DNA from: Eledone cirrhosa
Taxonomy: Eukaryota
Assembly: GCA_964016885.1 (NCBI GenBank)
Contig: OZ024740.1
Span: 52,948,001 to 53,012,000 of the forward strand
Direction: 5' to 3'
DNA length: 64,000 bases
Position numbers and translations under genes: made by a program
Shown here: positions 14,001 to 23,346 of the stretch, piece by piece
Position numbering within the stretch: the stretch's first letter is position 1
Layout: the number at the start of each line of letters is the position of its first letter
Notes under the pieces: model-generated
The model's database searches: none
What the model was told of the DNA's origin: nothing
Seen by the model: only the letters and a program-made list of their open reading frames with translations

Positions 14001-14665
14001 TAGATGGCAAATTTTGGTGGTAACCGTAGGATTTGTTGTTCTTGTTCACTGATTAAAGTGTTCCCATAGATATTTACTGTGTGGTCATTGGTAAATTCTT
14101 CCGGTAGTTTTACATCAGTCATACGGATATTGTCGATGTTATCTGGGTATTTTTGAGAATATTCGGTTTTCCTTTCTTGTAGTTTTTTCTTATTCATCCA
14201 TTCTAATTTCTTCTTGAAATGCCTATTGCATTCGTTTTGAGCGTATTTCGTTTCACGTCTGATGACGCTCATGAAGTTATCTCTCTCGTTTGCTGTGATG
14301 AGATTTCGGATTTCTTTACCGTTAATGCGTTTCTGTCTGTAGAGTGCGTTGACTTTTGTGTATGTTGTTCTTTTCATATTAACTGTTATTGTGTGTTTTA
14401 GTCGTTCGGCTTGTGTTTTGTTCAATAGTAAATTATTTACTTGTTTTGATATGTTTGTTGTGTATGTTTTGGAGGAAACACAGTGTTTTAAGAAGCGGAT
14501 TTGTTCTGTTGTTATTGTAGTTTTTATATAACAGAAAACAGTGTCTTTCAATAACCTTTCAGCTTGACACAAGCTAATGCCGTAGCGGCGATGAATTAGT
14601 TTAGCGAGGTTTTTTATATGAAATCGTGTGTCGAAACAAATATTGTTATACTTGGGGAGGGTCAT
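11038..14665 (-). pseudogene. PLE polyprotein, ~1200 aa (N-terminal domain, Asn-rich insert, RT, Cys linker, GIY-YIG endonuclease), with three lesions
   Basis: Motifs TDKSGR, LYGLRKDHK, RPVC, GSMDVVSLYPSI, GAAIG..GDVANLFM, YSRYVDD, LPVLD, CTNRKCIIC and VVYSIRC..YIGETARS..ER..QH. Lesions are a +1 frameshift in the G-run at 12502-12508, TAG at 12460-12462 and TAA at 11776-11778. Confidence 0.92.
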
Positions 14666-14694
14666 ATTTGTGTAATATTGCCAGAATTAATAAC

Positions 14695-15952
14695 AGAACA
14701 CACTCACTGTTTGGTTGGTTTTCGCTTCTCGCTGTCTTTTATATCTGCGATCTAACTTAATCGGTCCTCAATGTTGCCATTGACTGACCGACGGTCAAAA
14801 ATAATACAGATACAATATAGACACAAACACATATATATAGTTTACATAATTTACATAAATCTTTCGTTGCACATCTGCAACATCGTCAGTGGTGTTATAT
14901 TTTTTCCTCCTGTTGTGTTGTATGTCTACGCCATTTTTTATTCAGTCTGTCTATATATTTATTTATTTATTTGCTTGTTTGTTTATTTTATTTTGTCTTC
15001 TTTGCGCATGCGTTTGCGTGTGTGTATAGTGTTATGTTTGCTGTGTGACTAATGTGTATAGTGTTGTGTCTGCTGGGTGACTAGTGTGTGTTTATGTGCT
15101 TGTTGTTATTGTGCTTGTGTATGTATTTATTTATCTTATTTTATTTTATTTTATTTACTTATTTATACTTCTCTTAGGTCAGTGTTGTTTGTTTGGGTGT
15201 TGTTGTTCCACTCATTCTTTCTGTTTAGCTTTGGTCTTCTAATTTCTATTTCACTGGCCTCTCTGATTTGCCTATCTGCTGGGTCATTCCTATGTTTAGA
15301 TATTATTCTAATTTCTATGTTGTCTATGTTACCGTCATGTTGTTGTCTAGCATGTTCGTATAGTACTGACCCGTTTTTTCGTCCTTTTAGTTCCCCCCAG
15401 TGTTGGTCTATCTTTTCACCTATGCTACGAGCTGTTTCGCCTATGTATGTTGTTGTCATGTTTCTGCAAGTACCCTCTGTACATCTTATGCTATAGACTA
15501 CGTTTCTAGTTTGACAGTTTATCCGGGGGTTCACCTTACATATGATACATTTCCTATTGGTACAGTGGGTTTTCTTAAAAGGGTAGGTTTTGCTGATCAT
15601 GGATTTTATGGTGGTTCCTGGCTTTTCTACCACCTTTATTTTTAAGTGGGTCTTTCTCAGGGCCTTTCTACACTGGTTAGCTAATTTCCCTCCAGGGGTG
15701 GCGTCCACAAACATGACACTCTGATATCTCTGGTTGTCGTACCATGATGTGGCCTTCCCTATCTTATGTCTAGCCCTATCTAAGCTATTCCATGATTTGC
15801 TCCTGTATAATGGGCAAATTCCTTTCATGTCCAGTTCTATGAGGGTCTTAAACTTTTCCATGGCTCCTTCGTATACTCTGACTCTGTCTCTTTGGTTTTA
15901 GCCAGAGAACTGCATGCGGTTGATGAAGTGTTGGATGTGTCTTTCCATTTCT
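14695..15952 (-). repeat. Pseudo-LTR: direct repeat of 10570-11830 (GIY-YIG coding part plus 3' UTR)
   Basis: The offset is 4125, changing to 4122 after a 3-nt indel. I spotted only three substitutions. Confidence 0.95.
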
Positions 15953-15954
15953 AT

Positions 15955-15995
15955 ATATGCTGACGATAGCTGTTAAGCTTGAAACTAGTATATCG
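15955..15995 (+). ncRNA. HHR, array unit 1
   Basis: AUG CUGACGA U AGCU-GUUA-AGCU U GAAA CUAG UA UAUCG. Confidence 0.7.
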
Positions 15996-16098
15996 TTCCT
16001 GTGTCAGTGATGAACAAAAGTGCAACGATGGTTGCCGAACACTGTACGGCGTAATTCGGGCTGTTTGTTTACAAACAAACCGAACATTATAATAAATG

Positions 16099-16285
16099 AA
16101 GGGCGGTGGATTGGCAGTATCAGTAGAGGGTAGGACGCCATGCTTTCCAGCATAATTACGTCCCTTTACGATCTGAGTTCAAATCCCGCCGAGGTTGACT
16201 TTGCCTTTCATCCTTACGGGGTCGATAAAATAAAGTACCAGTAATGCACTGGGTAATTGCTGGCCTTGTGCCTAAAGTAGAAACA
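16099..16285 (+). mobile_element. tRNA-derived SINE (major family in this window) with a 13-bp TSD
   Basis: B box GAGTTCAAATCCC followed by GTTGACTTTGCCTTTCATCC..GTCGATAAAATAAAGTACCAG. The TSD ATTATAATAAATG is at 16086-16098 and 16286-16298. The empty site is visible in the other array units. Confidence 0.9.
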
Positions 16286-16585
16286 ATTATAATAAATGTT
16301 CAGTAAACCCATACGTACATATATTTATGTGTGCATGTATGTATATATATATACATACTACTGTGCGTCTATACACATATATGTATGTACGCATACATAC
16401 TTATATTTAGGTATCAGCCGTACTAAGAGTGAGAAATGAAATTTCGTTTCATTCTTTTCCATTTATCGTTTTGGGTATACCCGGCCGACTAACTCACTCG
16501 ATATGCAAATTAGGCTGCTCAGCCGTTAATATGCATAAGGAAAGTATATACTTTCAGACGTTCAATCATCTGACAGAAAGGTATA

Positions 16586-16626
16586 AGATTCTGACGATAG
16601 CTAATAAGCTTGAAACTAGTACATCG
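16586..16626 (+). ncRNA. HHR, array unit 2
   Basis: AGAUU CUGACGA U AGCU-AAUA-AGCU U GAAA CUAG UA CAUCG. Stem I has mismatches. Confidence 0.65.
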
Positions 16627-17016
16627 TTCCTGTGTCAGTGTTGAACAAAAGGGCAACGATGGTTGCCGAGCACTGTACGGCGTAATTCAGGCTGTTTGTT
16701 TACAAACAAACCGAACATTATAATAAATGTTCGGTAAACCCCTGCGTACATATATATATATGTGTGCATGTATGTATATATATACATACTACTGTGCGTC
16801 TGTACACACATATGTATGTACGTATACATACTTATATTTAGGTATCAGCCGTACTAAGAGTGAGAAATGAAATTTCGTTTCATTCTTTTCCATTTATCGT
16901 TTTCGGTATACCCGGCCGACTAACTCACTCGATATGCAAATTAGGCTGCTCAGCCGTTAATATGCATAAGGAAAGTATATACTTTCAGACGTTCAATCAT
17001 CTGACAGGAAGGTATA

Positions 17017-17056
17017 CGATACTGACGATAGATAATAACTTGAAACTAGTACATCG
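17017..17056 (+). ncRNA. HHR, array unit 3
   Basis: CGAUA CUGACGA UAGAUAAUAACUU GAAA CUAG UA CAUCG. Stem II is eroded. Confidence 0.55.
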
Positions 17057-17444
17057 TTCCTGTGTCAGTGTTGAACAAAAGGGCAACGATGGTTGCCGAG
17101 CACTGTACGGCGTAATTCGGGCTGTTTGTTTACAAACAAACCAAACATTATAATAAATGTTCGGTAAACCCATGCTTACATATATATATGTGTGCATGTA
17201 TGCATATATATACATACTACTGTGCGTCTGTACACATATATGTATGTACGTATACATACTTATATTTAGGTATCAGCCGTACTAAGAGTGAGAAATGAAA
17301 TTTCGTTTCATTCTTTTCCATTTATCGTTTTGGGTATACCCGGCCGACTAACTCACTCGATATGCAAATTAGGCTGCTCGGCCGTTAATATGTATAAGGA
17401 AAGTATATACTTTCAGACGCTCAATCATCTGACAGAAAGGTATA

Positions 17445-17485
17445 CGATGCTGACGATAGCTAATAAACTTGAAACTAGTACATCG
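17445..17485 (+). ncRNA. HHR, array unit 4
   Basis: CGAUG CUGACGA UAGCUAAUAAACUU GAAA CUAG UA CAUCG. Stem I is a perfect 5 bp. Confidence 0.7.
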
Positions 17486-17604
17486 TTCCTGTGTCAGTGT
17501 TGAACAAAAGGGCAACAATGGTTTCCGAGCACTGTACGGCGTAATTCGGGCTGCTTTTTTACAAACAAACCGAACATTATAATAAATGTTCGGTAAACCC
17601 ATAC

Positions 17605-17693
<89 letters not shown>

Positions 17694-17848
17694 CATGTAT
17701 GTATATATATACATACTACTGTGCGTCTGTACACATATATGTATGTACGTATACATACTTATATTTAGGTATCAGCCATACTAAGAGTGAGAAATAAAAT
17801 TTCGTTTCATCCTTTTCCATTTATATATATATATATATAAGTATTTAT

Positions 17849-18694
17849 GGATAAGTATTTACCCTTAATTTTATTCTGAGTTAAGTCTGTATTGGTTTTT
17901 TTCCCTGGATTACACAAGATCTGTGGATAAAATTTCTGTCTTGACATTTTTTGAATTGAGATTGAATTATTTTCCCACATCCTACGTTAAATATTTTCCA
18001 TCTTGACGTAATAATCATTTATATATATTATGAATTACTGTTGGCTTCTCGCTCACATTAATTTCTCTATTTTCATTTATATTTAAACTCGGAATTTTTC
18101 CTAGAGTGCTTAAAATAATTTGTGACTAATCCCGGTTTAAAAAAAATCCGCGATAATATTGCTTTATGCTGAACTCCATACGATTTGTTGAGTTTTTTTT
18201 AGGAATGTTTTGACTGCCGTTTCTTGTAAACTCTCATTCGTCTCATTCTGACGTCACTATCCCTGTTCTCCATGTGTGTTTATTATCTTAATTCCACACG
18301 AGGTGTAACTAGCCTGCTTTTAAATTCCCTTTCTGGCATATTTTAGCAGTGGTTTTTGGTCATCGTGTTTGAGCTCTACTGATGAACGACTCCAACCGTG
18401 ACTAACCCCACTGAAAATTTCGTGAAATAGTCTTTTTAAGACTATATAGAGCATTTGTAGATTTTCCAAATTGAAGGATAAGTATTTACCCTTAATTTTA
18501 TTCTGAGTTAAGACTCTATTGGTTTTTTCCCTGGATTACACAAAATCTGTGAATAAAATTTCTGTCTTGACTTTTTTTGAATTGAGATTGAATTATTTTC
18601 CCACATCTTACGTTAAATATTTTCCATCTTGACGTTATAGTCACTTATATATTATGAATTACTGTTGGCTTCTTGCTCACATTAATTTCTCTAT

Positions 18695-18700
<6 letters not shown>
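17849..18700 (+). mobile_element. Non-coding mini-PLE/retrozyme-like element with ~225-bp terminal direct repeats
   Basis: 17849-18076 is repeated at 18476-18700 (offset 627). An HHR lies just upstream of the second repeat, and both flanks are (TA)n. Confidence 0.8.
18373..18452 (+). ncRNA. Full type I hammerhead ribozyme
   Basis: GCUCUA CUGAUGA ACGA...UCGU GAAA UAGUCUU-UUU-AAGACUA UA UAGAGC. Stem I is 6 bp, stem II 4 bp and stem III 8 bp, with cleavage after AUA. Confidence 0.88.
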
Positions 18701-18754
<54 letters not shown>

Positions 18755-18756
<2 letters not shown>

Positions 18757-18958
18757 CGAAGAAAATGTGGTAAGGAACCAGGTGGACCATAACGCACCAA
18801 AGTACTCAATACTTAGGGTAGTAGAGTGGGTAATAGGAACCAGTAAGACCCCGACGGCTGAGCTCAAGCCGTTTCGACGGCTAATTCTGTCGGCTATTAT
18901 CTGACGGCGAATTAGCCGTCGAAACGGCTTGAGCTCAGCCGTCGGGGTCTTACTGGTT

Positions 18959-18963
<5 letters not shown>
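18755..18963. mobile_element. (TA)n-flanked fold-back cassette carrying the 3' half of an HHR
   Basis: Perfect inverted arms 18833-18887 and 18909-18963. GAAACGGCU-UGAGCUC-AGCCGUC forms stem III with a GUC triplet, but no CUGANGA is present. Confidence 0.75.
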
Positions 18964-18990
<27 letters not shown>

Positions 18991-18997
<7 letters not shown>

Positions 18998-19562
18998 AAT
19001 ATGGGGGAGAAGAATACTGCATGGTTGCATATGGATAACATGTTATAAAATGAGTCCCTCATCAGTGATTTGCCAACGATCATTGGTATTTCATCGCATT
19101 AAAAATCATATACCTCACGTTGGTGCGATAATAACTAAAATAAGTTATTAGGACAATAGAAACGCGTAAAGCGAGTGAGACAAGTAAACAACACAGGGGA
19201 AAGCTAACCGAAGATGGAAATAAACACAAGCAGCATGGTTATTCTTTCAGCTTAAGCTGTGTGAATATATGCGCGAGTTAGAAACAGACCTTTCGCTAGT
19301 GAATCTGATGTTAGAAAGAAGGAAAATCGTTTTCGAAGTGAACGGGAGGAAGTAAGAAGGGAAGAAACAGGGACTGAGTGAGTGGGAGTGCGAGGAAGAG
19401 GTCAGTAGAGAGAAAGTGTTAACTGACATGACAGAGGGGACGAAAGAAAGTAAGAGAAACAGAGAGAACGAGGGAGCAGTAAGAGAGAAAGAGAGAAACA
19501 CAGAATCGCAGTTTAGGTAAATATATGAAAAATATGGGTGACAAGAATACTGCATGGTTGCA
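18991..19562. mobile_element. (TA)n-flanked cassette with 39-bp terminal direct repeats
   Basis: TATGAAAAATATGGG.GA.AAGAATACTGCATGGTTGCA at 18991-19029 and 19524-19562. A remnant CTGATGA lies on the minus strand at ~19059-19065. Confidence 0.55.
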
Positions 19563-19573
19563 GTATATATATA

Positions 19574-19873
19574 TATATTGGTAAAAGGAAAAGAAAATGC
19601 TGACAAATTGTTCCCAGTGAAAAATAGTTTAATTAGGAATAAGTAAAAATTAGTAATAAGTATTGGTTAGTATTCAGTTTTAGTTTTAAGTTTTTACCGG
19701 TTGCGCATTTCTAATGCTTTTCAAAAATAATTCTGAGATAGAGCGCCCGTGATGTTTAGTATCACGGGCGCTCTATCTCCAAAATACTTATTACTAATTT
19801 TTACTTATTCCTAATTAAACTATTTTTCACTGGGAACAATTTGTCAGCATTTTCTTTTCCTTTTACCAATATA
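19574..19873. mobile_element. Fold-back cassette with a nested hairpin and a dead U3:A8-type HHR
   Basis: Outer arms are 19574-19664 and 19783-19873, with a 19-bp inner stem at 19735-19779. The minus strand at ~19691-19727 reads UUGAAAA GCAU-UAGAA-AUGC GCAA CCGG UA. Confidence 0.75.
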
Positions 19874-19904
19874 TCACAACTCGTGTGTTACACCTCTATT
19901 CTTT

Positions 19905-19976
<72 letters not shown>

Positions 19977-20184
19977 CATATGGCGACTGGTTTAATGAAA
20001 TAAAGAATATTCAATATATATTGTAGAGTATATTTATTTGTTTTTAACTGGTGATTCACTTCGTCGTTACTCGCATCGATCGACAAACTATGAGTAGCAC
20101 CGGATTAAATCAGCAACTTTAAACAAACAAATATAGATACAGACAGAGGAGATATCTATCTACTTTATCTATTTATCTATCTAT

Positions 20185-20817
<633 letters not shown>

Positions 20818-21753
20818 CATGCTAATTGTATGACATGACACAAACTCAAATATCTGTGTATGTACAGTTCAGTAACAACTGTATCACGCGTCGATGTCCA
20901 ATGAATTTCATGTTGTTTCTGCATGTTTTGTCTATGAGATCAATATTCCTTATTTTTCTTTGTATCTTTTAATGAAAAACATTCATGTTTACTCTGTCTT
21001 TCTTCCAGTTTGATTAATTTTCGGGCTGTTAAATTAATGAAGTTTATTTAAGATGGCTTGATTTCAAGATGTAATTATGAAACATTTGTACAACTTCCTA
21101 CTATATGGCGAAACAATTGTGAAACATTGTTAATACAAACACAGAACGTAACATATAACACAAACTTCATGTGAGGATTGCAATATATGTCGTTTTCTTT
21201 ATCAAATAGATTGTCTCTATACAGCTGCTCGATCTACTAGAAACAGCAGCGAGATCACTTTAAAATCTTAGAACATATTGGACAATATAGTACTAGATAT
21301 AAGGTATCGAATTTACAGAAGTGTTAAAGTAACGAACGAAATGCATTATGATATTTGTTCCGGTTCTTTGACTTCTTAGTTCAAATACGATAGTAATCAA
21401 CTTTGAATTTCATTTTCTCGGGGTAATAAATAAAGTACCTGTCTAGGGCAGTCGATTAAAGGCATTGTTAGGGTGAGGTATTTGTTCCAACCGCAGAAAG
21501 AAGTGATGATTGATTTTGAGAGAGAAGAAAACGAAGACAAACGAAAACAAGGAAAAACAAAGAACAGGCGGAAGAGAAAAAACAGCAACACACACACACC
21601 ACACACGGATGCACACACATACCCCCCCACATACACATACACACACCCACACCCACTCTCACACAACACACACACACACACCCACACACACACACACACA
21701 CCACACAGATTCATTTAGATTTCGACCAGCATTAGACCAGGCAGTGTCTAGAT

Positions 21754-22780
21754 CAGTCATGGGCAACCTGTGGCCCGCGAAGCTTTCTGAATGTCTCGTC
21801 TAAGTCACCAGAGTGAAAGCTTTCTGAATGTCTCGCCTAAGTCACCAAAGTGAAATCTTTCTCAATGGCTGGTCTAAGTCACCAAAGTGAAAGCTTTCTG
21901 AATGGCTCGCCTAAGTCACCAAAGTGAAATCTTTCTGAATGGCTCGCCTAAGTGACCTAAGTGCAATATTTCTGAATGTCTCGCCTAAGTCACCAAAGTG
22001 AAATCTTTCTGAATGTCTCGCCTAAGTCACCTAAGTGAAATCTTTCTGAATGGCTCGCCTAAGTCACCAAAGTGAAATCTTTCTGAATGGATCGCCTAAG
22101 TCACAAAAGTGAAAGCTTTCTGAATGTCTCGCCTAAGTCACCTAAGTGAAATCTTTCTGAATATCTCGCTTAAGTCACCAAAGTGAAAGCTTTCTGAATG
22201 GCTCGCCTAAGTCACCAAAGTGAAATCTTTCTGAATGGCTCGCCTAAGTGACCTAAGTGAAATATTTCTGAATGTCTCGCCTAAGTCACCAAAGTGAAAT
22301 CTTTCTGAATGTCTCGCCTAAGTCACCTAAGTGAAATCTTTCTGAATATCTCGCCTAAGTCACCAAAGTGAAATCTTTCTGAATGGCTCGCCTAAGTCAC
22401 CTAAGTGAAATCTTTCTGAATGGCTCGCCTAAGTCACCAAAGTGAAAGCTTTCTGAATGTCTCGCCTAAGTCACCTAAGTGAAATCTTTCTGAATATCTC
22501 GCCTAAGTCACCAAAGTGAAATCTTTCTGAATGGCTCGCCTAAGTCACCTAAGTGAAATCTTTCTGAATTTTTTACCCCAACTTTTCAGTCGTAATTTAT
22601 CTTTCTATAATTTTTACGATCGAGGAAAACGTGTACGAATTCTGAAGAAACAAATCAAAACAACCCGAGTTACCACCCTTTTTTTAATGTGGGCATGAAT
22701 GTAAATTAGCGCTTGCGGCTCGCCTGATGATGAGCCATATCTCATGCGACCCGCTTCTCGAAAAAGGTTGCCCATGCCTG
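21754..22780 (+). mobile_element. hAT (Charlie-type) MITE with an internal minisatellite
   Basis: 16-bp TIRs CAG(T/G)CATGGGCAACCT. The 8-bp TSD GTCTAGAT is at 21746-21753 and 22781-22788. Confidence 0.92.
21780..22568. repeat. 37-bp minisatellite, ~21 copies
   Basis: Unit AAGTCACCAAAGTGAAATCTTTCTGAATGGCTCGCCT, repeated head to tail without spacers. Confidence 0.97.
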
Positions 22781-22923
22781 GTCTAGATTAAGCATTACCC
22801 CTTAGTAAAGTATTTTAAGTTATACTGTCGGACATCACAAACAATAGGAGTAACGAACAAACAAATAAACACGTGCGCGTTTGTATGTTCATTTGGTTTT
22901 ATCATTTTACAAATTTTCCACCA

Positions 22924-22987
<64 letters not shown>

Positions 22988-23346
22988 TCTAACATAGAAA
23001 CAAGTCATTGGAATTTAGACTACAATATCTATTCAAATACGTATATATGTCTCTGTGTTTGTGCAGATATGGATGTTATTGCATGTGTTATTGCATGTTA
23101 TTGCATGTTTTGAGGTATATGTTTACACGTGTATATGTTTCTGTATCTATACGTGTGTATAAGGAATAATTAATTACATGCTGAATATCTGTTGTACACA
23201 TGGACAGATCCTTTCAGAAATCTTTTTCAGCAATTATATATATATACATATATACATATATATACATATACATGTATGTATGTATGTATGTATGTATGTA
23301 TGTATGTATGTATGTATGTATGTATGTATGTATGTATGTATGTATG

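Larger units (their letters stand above)
10570..15952 (-). mobile_element. Near-complete Penelope-like retroelement (Naiad/Neptune-type) with a 5' pseudo-LTR
   Basis: A partial tandem copy (14695-15952 = 10570-11830) lies upstream of a full RT + GIY-YIG ORF. The 3' UTR of both copies has an HHR. I see no TSD. Confidence 0.93.
15953..17822 (+). repeat. Tandem array of ~430-bp units, each with a type I hammerhead (retrozyme-like)
   Basis: CTGACGA cores are at 15960, 16591, 17022 and 17450. The first unit is lengthened by a 200-bp SINE + TSD. Confidence 0.9.

Noticed and set aside
13472-14023. Hydrophobic plus-strand ORFs (183 and 152 aa) as membrane proteins
   Set aside because: They are the antisense reading of the Asn-rich (AAT/AAC)n tract.
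11038-14665. Selenoprotein-type (UGA-recoding) Naiad element
   Set aside because: The in-frame interruptions are TAG and TAA. The TGA at 12419-12421 is reached only after a frameshift, and I see no SECIS.
16650-16682. Second hammerhead in each array unit (GGCAAC-GATG-GTTGCC GAGC..GTA)
   Set aside because: The hairpin is real, but no CUGANGA/UUGANAA or GAAA is present in any unit. At most it is a relic.
21780-22568. 37-bp repeats as a CRISPR array
   Set aside because: The units are contiguous with no unique spacers, there are no cas genes, and the array lies inside a eukaryotic hAT MITE.
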